Assembly: GCA_973895155.1 (NCBI GenBank)
Contig: OZ316895.1
Coordinates: 10,218,184 to 10,282,183 of the forward strand
Direction: 5' to 3'
DNA length: 64,000 bases
From: Marsupella aquatica
Lineage: Eukaryota; Plantae; Marchantiophyta
Shown: positions 39,021-51,690 of the stretch, in pieces
Position numbering within the stretch: position 1 is the stretch's first letter
Layout of the letters: the number at the start of each line of letters is the position of its first letter
Program-made: the position numbers and the translations under genes
The notes under the pieces: generated by a model
Database searches by the model: none
Told to the model about the DNA's origin: nothing
The model's input: the letters and a program-made list of their open reading frames with translations, nothing else

Positions 39021-40389
39021 CCCAATGCCAGTGCATTGTAAAGTCTTGTCAATAGTAAGTGATGTTGAGAGAAAGAATGGCCAGGCAGTCAGACATGGTG
39101 AGACTCAGCAAGTTGGTGACAGCAAATTGGTGAGTTTATCTGGCAATTGGATTTCAAAGAGTTTGTGAGGAGAGTGATAGGTTGAGGCATTCAAAAGGTG
39201 CACAGTGACGCCTTTATGCCCATCTCATGGTGAATAAAAATGTCACCACAATTCAAGGCCATGAAAGCTCCCTTCTAAATTGACATTTCACAAAGGGCCC
39301 ACGAGAAAGAAAAAGCTCCCCTCTCCATTGACATTTAATTCACAAAGAGCCCACAAGAAAGAAAAGAGTGAAATTGCATAACTGTTATAGCGTACATTTA
39401 CATAAGATGGCTTGAATTCCTGAAACCATTCCTCTTGTTAGCAAACAATCGGATTGACGTTAAATAAATCGACCTCATTCGATCATCTTCTCTCCAGCCC
39501 AGTATTCTTGTTGGACTCGGGGTCGGATTTCTTTCTGCAAAGTGACTTCTTGAATCGGTTCTGCCCATCAGATTTTGTTTGCACACAATGCTTCGCTTGT
39601 TTCCTGACACTGCACAAGTCGTTCACCGGCTTCCGATGCTTTGGATAATGTGCTCAATTGAACGAAAGTAATTTGACTTGAAGAGATTTACTTGGCTGTT
39701 GCAAAAATGTCGATCCTAAGATTGTTGAAAATCATACGCCTAAGATTTCTTGGCTGTTGAAAATCATACGCCTTAGCATGCTACAGGCAATGGGAATCCT
39801 AATTGCAGGGTCACTGTTTTTTATCATCTTTCAATCTTCTTACGGTTCCACACAAGCTTCGTGCGTCATCGCCAGTAGAAAATCTGTGCTCTTCCCTCAG
39901 ATTAACGAAGGAAACTAGCCACATCGAAGATATTAGCGACCAGAATCGCTCGGTCAGAAATTAAGGTAGGTCACCATAAATTTCTGTATCGTTCCGTGAG
40001 ACTTACCGCAAGGCATGGTGTAAGTGTCCGGTTTTTGTTCTAGATGCGTTCCAAGAAGACGGTTGATAACGCATCATGGACGATCAATGCCAACAGAACA
40101 TTTTTAGTATGGCACTGCCAGGCCCCGGACCGTCGTCTCTAATCTGCAAGAAAGCAGAAGCGGAAGGCCAAGAAAGCGGGAGAGCAAGAAAACAGAAGAT
40201 TGTTGTCGTCTTGTTTTCGCCATCAATTGCTCGCAATCGATCATTTGCCCTCTGGTACGCCATTGCTCCATTTTAGGATAATCAAACCATTTATGCAATA
40301 GCATCTGTGACTACCTCCACCCAACAGTCAGCTCGAGCCTTCGCTGTATTGGCTCACTCACCCTCACAAACGAGGAGTAAAGGCAAACG

Positions 40390-42764
40390 ATGGAACAAAG
40401 TCGAAAGGACGAGATGGAGGAACCGAGCGAAGAAGAATGGGAGCTGGACGAGCTCAATAACCTCGATTCAGCCTTGACGCAGACGTTAGAGTTTCTGGGG
40501 GAGGTTTATGTGAGTCTATCTGGTTTCCATGCAGTTGAGGAGTTTCTTTGCGAGCAATATGCTGCCTCCATCCGTTTCATGCTCCGTTGCATATCAGGAT
40601 CCTCCCTGCACACCAACTCCAAGGCTCTTTCTCGTGAGCACCTCACCTCCAGGTACCATGCAATGCCGTCTTCGATCAAACTTCTGTTCGTTCTTCGGTG
40701 GTGACCTCTGCAAAATCATGATCCGTATGTGTCATTGTGCAATCTACGATCACACATTGATTTCGAAAAGTTCAGATGCAGACTAAACACGCGCCTCTGC
40801 CCATCTCATGCAAGTGACAACTTCTTAATTGCTAACAAGGTTGCCTTTTTCATCACTGTCTTTAAAAGAACAAAGTACTCAAGTTCCTTGTAAAACCCTA
40901 AACTGCTGGGCACTTCTATAAGTTGAAAGATGGACATCAGAGACCAGCATGCAAGCCAATGATGCCATTTCAGGCACACTCATGCACACTTTTTGGTGAA
41001 CTTTGGTCGCAATATTTCTCTGAATCATTACTCTTTGCCATTGCGATCTGTGACGAGACTGTAACATCATCGGGAACATCATAGATTATGTTGAAATGCA
41101 AGCGCATTGTAATGTACAAGAGAAAACTCCTCTTGTTGGCATCTATCAGCTAGCTAGAGCTACGAGAATGTGACATCATCGGGAACATTGCAGATAATGC
41201 TGAAATGCAAGGCATTGTAATCTACAAGAGAAAGCTCCTCTTGTTCGCATCGATCAGCTAGCTAGATCTACTCTTTAGAGATTGAAGAATGGATCGTGAG
41301 ACATGATTACACCAGTCATTTTTTGCAGTGGCTAATCTATTTTATTCCGAAGAAACATGTCCCATAACATGAGGATCAGTGGTGGTATAAATATGATGTC
41401 TCGAACACTATCCGGTTTATATTGTCTCTTCCTTTGTAGTGATTAACGGTCTCTGTTTAAGTAAAATAATTATAGATCTGCCGGTGACGCAATCTAATCA
41501 ATTTGTACAGACCTACAATTGAAGAACATCACTACGTCTGGGTTGAGTTTGTGTATGCCCATGCAATCTAATCAATTTGTACAGGCCTACAATTGAAGTG
41601 TATCAACACATCCGGGTTGGATTTCAACGTCAATTTCTCTATATCTGTAGGAAGAGCCCTGCTCCCAACAGTTCCAGGCAGAGTGTTCCGATAAGTTTGA
41701 GAAGAAGTCCAGTGCAGCATGGAAGCTCTAAAAGTACACACTCGAAGATCGATGAGACCACCACCGTGCGCGAAGGTATGAAATGGTTCCTTCAATCGCC
41801 CGTGTAGGTCTTTACAAACATTTAGTACTAAACAAACAACACAAGCTTTGCTGGATACAGCGATCAGAGAGTAGCAATTTGCATACATTTTCTAATTCGA
41901 CGGAAGTTAGTCGCGCTTGAAGCAATACTTTTTCTACTAAACAGACTCCTATATGGCCTTTCTCTGGCGGGCATGAATCAGAAGAATGGTTGCTCTGTTC
42001 AACATTTATGCCTACCGTGGATGAACTCGCGAGGAGGGTCGATTGGTCTTGAAACCATGCAATCATTCCTCAGTCGTCGACGATTTCAATGATTGCTTGC
42101 AGAAATGATGATGCTCAAGGGCATTGCGCATTGATGCGGTATTACTGTTTACTGCCAACACCTTATCATAAGTTCCATAGCCATGCGCAAGCTTCAAGTA
42201 GAAATCCATAACGACGAATGGGAATCGCCACAGTGCTCTCTACATGGACATTATCCTCAACAGTGCGGGATCGTATCCACGAATGCGCGTAGAATAGATT
42301 CATCAGCCGTGGATCGTGGACGCCCTCGTGTGGGTGTTTTGGTGGCAATTCGATTGGGCTACTGTAGTATGAGATACAGTTGGGAGTCGAAGGTCAAAGC
42401 CAGCGCGAAGACTTCCTCACATTACCGTATTTTCGATTGGAGATACGGAGTACCGTTAATGATTGTGATTCAATGCACTTCAGGTGGATCTGATTCCGAC
42501 GATGGAAGAAGGCTGAAAACGATAGATTCTCTGTACGAGTCCATTGATTTGGTGCTGTCGAAGGCCAAGCGCGTCCGAGAGAGGAGCACGACCGCAAAAG
42601 TGAGGAGAAAGGTCTGTTGCTTCTCGTCATTGGCAATCTGCAAAAGTGAGGAGAAAGGTATATCGCTCCTGGTCATTAGGAAGTCATGGTACAGTATGAC
42701 ACGGCCTCGTCCACTGTTCGTTCAAGTGCGGAAATCTAGGCCGGCCGCCCATGTGAGGAATTGA
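40390..42764 (+). pseudogene. Possible decayed or orphan coding sequence of unknown family
   Basis: ORF 40390 reads like protein (EEWELDELNNLDSALTQTLEFLGEV) and has a CAG|GTAC donor near 40652. Stop-interrupted coding-like frames lie at 41900-42760. No recognisable motif. Confidence 0.3.
41061..41271. repeat. ~108-bp diverged tandem duplication
   Basis: acatcatcgggaacat..gcattgtaat..ctcctcttgtt..atcagctagctaga occurs twice. Confidence 0.85.
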
Positions 42765-43263
42765 GGATAGTCAATTGAAATTGAAGTCTTCCGGTGCGGA
42801 AAGCAATGATATTAAAACGATTGCTCGCAACCGGCCACTGGGATGGACGTGCATAGGTTCACGCAATTATTACAAAAGATAAAGCGGCTTTGTATCAATC
42901 GAATTAACGGTTTGATGCGAGATCCTCCGGATTCCTCTCTCATGATCTCGCTCTTAGTTACTCCAAACCACTGTTGACTTGCTTTCCTGATCCATCTCCG
43001 GCTGACTGCCTCGGTACCGAAACCTCCTCTCGTCCACGCCCTTGTCATGCTGCTGAGCAGCTGAGCTGTCTCCATGGACCATCCTCGTTCTTGCTGTCTA
43101 CCATAATAACTTCCATAATAACTTCTCAGAAGCGTTGAAATTTTACTAGCATTGCACCTCCTCTTTAAGCACTGTCCTTGACCAACGAAGTCTAGAGACA
43201 AGAGAGTGGATTGAGTGACATATATACTTCTGATCCAAGCGGAAAGAATTCGTTTAGCGAGCG

Positions 43264-43674
43264 ATGGCGAAGCTGACGCTGATCGTTTCTCTGGCATGCC
43301 TCTTTGTGGCTGACTCGTGCGTGACTTCGTGCTCCGCTCGGTGGCTGCCGTTTTCGTTCGAGACATCAAATCATGTCTCGACATCAGAGGCTTCGATGAC
43401 CAGCAGCGGCAACAAGCTGACCAGCGTCGAAGCTGCTAGTGTTGAGTCGAGTAAGTCTACAGCCTACGCTACCTCAATGAAATCTACCGAAGGTGTTGCT
43501 GGTTCCGACTGGGAAGAATTTCCCGAAGAGGAGTTCGGCGCATGTATGGACACTGACATCGTTGGCGAAGAGGAATCCTCAGACGAGGCTGAAGCTGAGA
43601 CGCCGTGCCGTCGCATACTGCGAAGTGATTATCATTCGACAGGGTCACCCAACATTAACGGCAAAAAGCTCTGA
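43264..43674 (+). CDS. Putative small secreted peptide precursor (signal peptide, acidic pro-region, RRIL site, DY motif), 136 aa
   Basis: Intronless ORF with strong start context (GCG ATG G) and hydrophobic N-terminus MAKLTLIVSLACLFVADSC. A Ser/Thr-rich then acidic linker leads to C-terminal C-RRIL-RS-DYHSTGSPNINGKKL. TATATA lies at ~43221. Confidence 0.7.
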   Translation: MAKLTLIVSLACLFVADSCVTSCSARWLPFSFETSNHVSTSEASMTSSGNKLTSVEAASVESSKSTAYATSMKSTEGVAGSDWEEFPEEEFGACMDTDIVGEEESSDEAEAETPCRRILRSDYHSTGSPNINGKKL

Positions 43675-44554
43675 GACTCCAGGTTTTGGACATCTGTAAG
43701 GACTGACGGGAAGAGAGGGCAATGCAACCACGACACCTAAACTCAACTTGCTCAGGAGCTCAACAGCTCAGCAAAGTCGTGGACGAGTGGAAGATCCGGT
43801 GGAGGAGTATAAAATTTAAGATAGCTGACAGGTTTAATTTCTAGTTTCGGTTTAGATGCACGAACGGTTCTTTTGCACACAGGATTGCTTTCGTGGAATG
43901 GAAACGGGTTTGATCACGAATCCAAGGCCGCCCGAAACAACTTTAGATGCACCTTCAACACATGACTAGGTTGGATCAATGGTGACTTGCATCTTGCTCC
44001 TAGAAACTCGGTGATAAAGGTTGTTCGGGAAGTTGAGAGAGAGTCTAGACCTGCAGGTCAGGAAGCCTATCCATATGTACTTCCCGGGGTACTCCCTGGT
44101 GGATTGTAGAGTGTGGTCCTAAACGAGACCACTCCATAGTCACCGAGTAATTTGAAGCCACACCCATGTCCAACCTCTGGAAACCCTGTGAGTTTCTTAG
44201 TGTGTTGTATTTCTTTCCACGTGCTTGAGCCGTGCGTTTGAAAGGCAACGACATAGTTTGAGTTTGGCTTAATGAGTTATGACCAACCTCGGAATGCAAG
44301 GATGATTTCGTTGTTTGATATGAGTTTATATGCTTTTCGGATGTAGTCGTTTAAGAACGTGACGTGTTTTGATCGAGGTTTTCATTTGGGTCAAGCATAT
44401 CTACTGATAACAATTTGGGCCTTCAAAACGACATTAAACGGGGAGAATTACACGCAGTACGTAATCTGTGTTGTTTCAATGGCTTTTTTCCTGTAGCCTT
44501 TTGTAAGCTCGTATGTATCTACTGGTTGAGGTAAACATCATGGATTTCATGCAG

Positions 44555-46040
44555 GCCAGCATAGTCCACCTTCACAGCGTTCATCCAAAGTCTCCTGGTA
44601 AGGGTGATCGTAAATCTGGCACCAAAGTTGAAGGTGGTAACGCAGAAGGTGCAAAAGCTTTGACTAACAAGAACAAATTCATCGCTGTTGCAAAAGAGAG
44701 GGCAACGAAGTTGGTGCCGAGGGAACTTCAGACCAAAGTGGAAGAGAAAGCTTTCAAACCGCCCAAGCCATCTCCCAGAACTGGAGAAAAGAGCAATGAC
44801 TTTGGCAACATTACAGAAGGAGCCAGAGTGATGGGTCGGTCAACAAATGAGGGTCAGCCCCCTGACCCATCGACCCATATTGTAGCTTCAATAGTTATGG
44901 CTATAAATCAAAATGGAATCTACGGTTCTTGCTTGTCTCTAAAATCAGTTTCTCCGAACTTTACTGCAAGGTTGATCAAACTCGTTCTCGAAGCAGTGTA
45001 CAGCAGAACAAGAAATTTACGAGGAAAACGTAGTTGGCTGGTTTAAATCTTCAGTTCTCTCTTAGTTCCCAAACATAAGCATCAATCAGAGCTGCTCGTT
45101 TCAGTTTTTCCGGCAAGACGCTATTTAGATTTGATCACTGAGAATGAAGTTTGTAGGTGGTGCTTCTCAGGTTGTAAACAAACCCATAATACCTAATTAA
45201 GCAGAATTGTTCGGAAGCACGGGCAAACGCAAATTGGTCGTCTATATCTTGACCTCAGACAGCAATTGTTTCACGGCATGGTAGGCAAGAAAACATGGGG
45301 GAGATCTCGCTTACAGCTTCCCGGAGAGTTATGCAAACTCCTTGCTTGGTTCAAGTCAAAGGGGATTTCGTTGGAAGATCCGGTGAACGTGCCAAGAGCC
45401 GACGCTCAGGCTGCAAAGGAGGACTTCCTCTCTGTTTTGGACGAGGTAAACAACCAGCACGGTTACCCAGATCACAAGGCAGGTACTCTTTACATTAGAA
45501 CTGTTTCCATGAACCACTTAGATGTTCTCTGTTTCATGCGACAGTTGGCCGTTATTTGTTGTGGCAGCAATGCCCAATCTAGAGAAACAATCGCACGTCA
45601 ATTATCTGAAATATCGTTCCAAGGCGGAGGACTTAGTTATTGAAAAGATCAACCTTAGCACTACTGGGTTTCCAAGTTGTCAGGCTGAAGAATGGAAAGA
45701 GTGAATTCTTAAATTTCAGGAATCCAGAGAAGCAGCTGCTCAAATAGACGAAGCACAAAGTGTCTTGAAGGAATTGGCTTCACATGTCAGTCCTTTGGAA
45801 ATGAGTTGGCTTCTCCGGATAGCTCCTGCAGGTGGGATGCCAGCACGCATGTCCTTGGTGTGGCTTTAAATCGTAACGATGTAGAATAAAACGCGCGTTA
45901 TTTCGAACAGGGCCACCTTCCGCCCAACATAGCTCATAGATGTCCAGACAAATTGGGTGAGGTTGTCACAACATCAGAAGGTGGACTCCATCCAGGATTG
46001 CATCTCAGGCTATTTGGTGTGCAATCACGGCCTTTCATAA
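44555..46040 (+). pseudogene. Frameshifted coding relic, possibly the C-terminal part of a VLIG/GVIN1-like very large GTPase
   Basis: Several protein-like frames broken by stops and frameshifts, with an apparent intron at 45446-45544. GCQHACPWCG at 45835-45864 resembles the GCxxxCPxC motif of VLIG C-termini. Confidence 0.3.
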
Positions 46041-49000
46041 GTCTCTCTCTCGAATTGTTTGGTTCTTCGATTAGAAAGTTTGCAACAGTTCAGAGGACTT
46101 CCATGAGAAGCAACAAATGTAGTTAATGTAACAAGGTCATCGGGTTTTCACTGCAAACCGAACGTCACGACAACCTCACTAAATATGACTGATTGCTGAA
46201 CTTGGTGATCAGGCTCCACAATTGCTAAACAAAGGGACTCCGGAGTACAGAATGTGTTGAGGACTCGGCTGCAAAAGGGACCTAATGCTCCTCCTCACCT
46301 GGGAAGATGTCAAGTAACTTATTCTGGTGCTATTACACCGCTTCATCACCGAATCAGAACCTTATCATGGCTGCCTCAAAATTGTTGGAAATATTTTGGT
46401 AATTTTCATGCTTTTGGCTCTGTTTGCATCCTTTGGTTTTGAGTACCTTCCTCTAGAATATCTCTTCACCATGGCCTGTTTTGTTTGGTGTCTCTCCTTG
46501 GCTCGTTTAGGTGGTGCTGCGTTTATTCCACGTGCATGATTTGGGTCTTTTGTTTCCTTTGTCGTCCGCTGGCTTTTGCCCTTGTCAACTTTGAATAAAC
46601 GGCCTTGACTGCAGTCATTTGCCAAAAGACAACAAATAGTGTAAACTGTTGACCTCTATTAGTGTTACTCACACTAATTCTGTTCTAACACTAATTCTGC
46701 ACAAATGAACAAGTGTTACTTTGGACTCAAGGGTCAAAAAACAGTGTGAAAAAGAATTTTGAGAATTTTGCAACAATTTATGTTACTTTGGACCCCAAGA
46801 TCACTAATTCTAGAACTGTCTCACAATGGGGGAATGCTATTTTGAGAAACCAACAAGATTTAGTGTTACTTTGGCCTCAGGATCACATTCACAAAAGTCA
46901 GTGTTATTTTTCTTGCACTAATTTTTGCATGACACTCATTGCGGTGAACAGTGTAGGTTTTGATCTAGATTTTAACTATGCAACTAAAGAACCCCCTGAA
47001 CAATGCACTTGCCCGCAGTGAGATTAATTGGCAAGCTTATTGATGGGGTACAGTTGAACCTCACTGATTGTTGTAGACGTGCAACCAAACATACCATCAT
47101 TCATTACATTTCTGAAATAAATAAGGTACTTAAGATTTTATTCAAAGCTGCTGCTGTCCATTTTGATCCAACGAGACTTGCTAAGAGTTTTGTTCAGTTT
47201 TGCCTCCACTGGCCCTCACACCACCAAAAATCAATGCTCAGATTTACAAATAATTTATTTTTCTTCTGGGAGACAGCAAAAAACAGTGGTGTGGTCTATG
47301 GGGGTCATGGCGCTTGGCCGAAAATGAACTTATAGTAATGAAAGGTCAGTTGGGAATGATGGAGGGCAGGTCATTTGAGTGCTCTCACTTTTCTCCCCTA
47401 ACTAAACTATTTATTCCTGTTTGCTAATTCTTCGTGCCTACACTCTGGATATTGTTCATCTCAGGTCAAGCAGTAGAGTCCTTAAGATGTGGTAGCAAAG
47501 AACACGACATTATGCAAATGCTGCATACAACTTTCACCTGCTATGCTGATCCGGAGGTGGCTTAGCTAACGTTATTCTACTTTTGATGATATGTAAAACA
47601 TCCAGCATAGTTTTCTTGTCATGGCACATAATTGTTTCATCCAGCAAAGTTTTATGGTGCATGAAAGTTAAACATTCTGTAATTTTTGAACGATGCCAAG
47701 TCTAGTATGTTTACTCCAGAATTGGGGATTCAAAACCAAGTGGTTCCAGCATTACAAATATGAGAGGCATGTTGAATCTATGAAAGATTAAGTATTGGTC
47801 TTAAGTTCAAATCTACAACCAGCACCCACAAACTCATTCAGAACTCACACATAGTCATGTTGCACATCAATTAGTTTAGATGCCACATCAGGCTTAAATT
47901 CAGTACTCCTAGCCAGTGGTAATAAGTTTGTGGTTTGAATGATCTAGAACATTTACTAATCTGAATGTGACCAAACCCATTCATTCTTCCTTTTTTTGTT
48001 TCCAATGGACGCAGCATGTGCTTGTCATGGCAAGACTATGGCACGTCATCCAAGTGACTCTATTTCAATGTCATTTGGAAGATATTGTTGCTGCTCCCCT
48101 GCTGCCAACTAAACCTCCAAGGTCTCTCTCTAACCTCAACTTGTCATTATCTAAATTCTCTTCACTTATCATAGTAAAGGGTTTGCCTACTTTCCAATGC
48201 TGATGTAGCTCTCAGAACCTGGTTTAAATATACTATCCTAATCGTGGAGCAAGATCTCTTGATTTTTTGGTGTGCTTTTCTCTAATGGTGTTTGTTGAGG
48301 TTAAGGCTGAATTCAGTTGCCTGGTGTTGGGGGGGACTCCCTCCCTTGGTCTCCTCATTTTTTTTAGAAAAGTTTTAGTATCTTAGCATGGAATGGATTA
48401 CCTAGAAATGTTTGATGGAACCTGGGTTAGCATCCAATATTGTGGGCACCTTTGTTACTTTTTCCTATCTTCCTGAAAAATATTGAAGAGTTTAGTCCAA
48501 AGAGAGATAGGGATAATGCTTTTTGTTCAGCTTATGAACACTGTTGGGACTGGTCAAATGTATTCCAAACATATTCAGGCTGAATAGTAAGGGGAGCCAG
48601 AAATGGCCTCTCCATAGATGATCATCTATCTTTTGATATAAACAAACTAGGCCCCCTACATAGGTTCAGTACAACTATGCCTGAAGACATAATGGAGTAT
48701 GTATTCACATGATTATAAAGTTTTAGGGGATCTGCTGCTACATGATAGAGGGTTTGTAGAACATTTAGTCTAAATCTTGCAGGCTAGCAATTGTTTTTGG
48801 TTAGGATTGACTCCGTTTTGTCTTTGTTTCACACTTAGACAATTTTTAAAAGTTACAACAAGGGCAACCAGTCAATTTTAAAAGATCCCTGGCTCCTTCC
48901 ATACTTAAATAGACAAATTTGGGGTCTAGATGTGAGATGATAACATGGATGTTGTCTTTGTTTCACATTTGGACAAATTTAAACCTTGCAATAGGGGCCA

Positions 49001-49659
49001 ACGGCCATAAGTAAAGGGTTCATTCCATACTTAGAACAAAAAGAAATGTCAAATCATCATGCAAATCCAGTGCATAGGTTGCGTGAAGCAACCTAAAGAC
49101 GGACGGTATGGTAGAAATTCAAACCTGAAGACATGAACCCTATTGCCTTCACTTAGGAACTCATAGTTTGCATGACAACGGCCACTACTCCGCAGTTTTT
49201 CCCACATGTGGTTTGTCATTCAGCACGGTTTGACTCTAAACTTTACGGAAGCTCTTATTGGTGATAATATCAAAACTAAAACTGCTTATTAAAAAGTATT
49301 TCAAAACCTTATGACACAAAAGTGTGAGAGGGGGCCTAGTTTGTAACAAAAGTTTCATAAAGGCCTATCTCATAAATTTGTTTTGACAGGTCTCAGCAAA
49401 CATATACCTCATCCTTGAAGGATGTTTGTAAGTCTGGATAGTTGCACATCAAAATGTGAGAGTATATGATGTACTATATCATACTTACCATGATGAACCA
49501 AAATATTTTGTTTAGATCACTGACTATTCTAAAGACATACTTGTGTCCCTTATTGATGTGCAATTAGTGAGGCGCAAGTTACAACCATGAATATGTTACT
49601 ACCATGAATTTGATAATCGCAATATTACCTGCTGTTGCAATGTAGATACAGTATTTGCA

Positions 49660-50520
49660 GGACCTTAATGTCAAATCTGCTCCATAATTCGTGGCTCTTA
49701 TCGAACCCTGATCATGATTGTGGGCTCTGCTAAGCCTGTTGCCATCAATGTGTGGGCTGTAATGAATGCAGAAACGAGGAGAGCTTGGTGAGCCTCTTTC
49801 GTTGCAGACTAGCCCACTCAATTCTCTGCAAAGAAGGGCGTGGGTTGATGGTTATGGCAGAGAGGTTGGTGACCCCTTATTAGCATTCAAGTCACCACTT
49901 GCATCGACAGATCCGAGGATGCGACATTGACCTCAATTCATACTTCTACCAGGATAATGCATTCATGACTCCTAATTGAAACTTGTTGGAGCAAATTAAG
50001 GATATTTTGGGTACAGCTGTTTTGTTTGGTTTTTGGAATAAGGTTGAATACAACCTCTCTTGTTTTAACATTTTAGATTCAAAACAAATATATGCTTTGA
50101 CTGGTTGCGAAAATACTTTTCGGCACTTGCAAGGACCTTTAGCACAATTCAAGATAGTTCTGGAGAAAATGTTTTCATCCATAAAGATAGAGGATGGCTT
50201 CCTCTAACGCTTCATGAGCTTCTTTTAATTTGAGTTCAACTTGAGAACCATTCAAACAGAGTACTCAAAGTTTTCCTTCTTTGTAGAATAGTGTTTCAAA
50301 TCACTTTCCAAAATGTGAAACTGCATATATCTAATACAACAAAAATGAGTGCATATGACAACAAGCGAGGGCAATGTAACGTCTTGGCTCAATACTATTC
50401 TTGCATATAGGGTAAAAACTAGCTCAACAAAAAAGGACAAATTTGTCATCTTTTCCAAAAACTATGTAGTATTGGAAAAGTTGAGTAGGCTAGTCCTTGA
50501 TGAGTCTGCTCGTAATCAGG
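49660..50520 (+). pseudogene. Decayed RING-like plus SNF2 helicase-C-like fragment
   Basis: Cys cluster CQIC..HDCGLC*ACCHQCVGCNECR is followed by a long frame with scattered stops and then DKFVIFSKNYVVLEKL, resembling the KxxIFSQ motif after the RING in RAD5/16-type SNF2 proteins. Confidence 0.3.
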
Positions 50521-50557
50521 TTCGTTGGGTGAGTACCTATTGTCTTATGAGTCTTGT

Positions 50558-51690
50558 CCCAGGCTTTTCATGCGATCCTGAAAGGCTGCCGTTGCTAATC
50601 TCCATGCCGTTGCTAATCTCCATGTATACCTCTTTGCATAAAGTACAGGAATGCCGAGTAGTTCTTTTCTTTCTACAGTACTTGATCTTTTCTCATGCAC
50701 AGTACCGGGTGCTTCTGCGTAGGCACATGGAAGGAACAAAATTGGACCCACAAACGCAATCCCCATCGTCCCTGACGTAACAGGGGTAATGTTGACACAA
50801 CGGATGCCATGATCCCACTTCCATCCACATATAGATTGAACGTAATAAAAACCAGGACAACAGGTTCGTTTTCGGGGAGGCTCCGTGAGAAGGCTGTGGA
50901 AGAGGGCAAGGTTGATAAATCAGAATTGGACATGCGAAATGGATGAAGCACTGAAGTCATAGTTAGAGAAAGTAGGCAGCTTGAAATATCGATACGAATG
51001 CCAAGGTCCTAGATTTCACAACAGAAATGACACTTGTCGTACCTGTGTTTTGAGCCTTGCCCCTGCCCCAGGTTCTTCATGGGAAATCCTGAAAGGCTAC
51101 CGTTGCTCATCTCCTTGTGTAACCATGTAGCATGTAGCGCACAGTACAGGAGTGCAGAGTGGTCCTTGCGTCTTCAAGTACTTGATCTCACTTGCATCCA
51201 ATAAGAGATCGACGGCCTCCTACAGTACTTGTTCTGCTAAAAATCTCATGCGAGGAGTGCTTCTACGTGGGCATATGAAAGGAACAAAAGTGAACCAAGA
51301 ACCGCAATTCCCATCGTCGCCGAGGTGACAGGGGTAATGTTGACGCAGCGAATGGTAAGATCTCCCTTCCATCCACTACGAGATTGAACGTAAGAAAACC
51401 AACGCAGCAGGGTTTGTTTCCAAGGAGGCTCCTTGGGAGGGCTGTGGACGAGGGCAACGTTTACAAACCAGGATTTAAATATGCGAAATGGTTGAGAGAG
51501 GTAGAGCAGGCACACTTCGAAAAGAAGGTAGCTTAAAATATCGATAGGACGCCCAAGTCCTAGATTTCACAGGCAACATTTACAAACCAGGATTTAAATA
51601 TGCGAAATGGTTGAAAGAGGTAGCAGGCAGATTTCCAAAAGAAGGTAGCTTAAAATATCGATAGGACGCCCAAGTCCTAGATTTCACGAC
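50558..51690. repeat. Diverged ~510-550-bp tandem duplication with a nested ~120-bp near-perfect duplication
   Basis: Copy 1 is ~50558-51040 and copy 2 is ~51066-51570; both share atcctgaaaggct, acaggggtaatgttgac and gtcctagatttca. Segment 51452-51570 repeats at 51572-51687. Confidence 0.85.
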
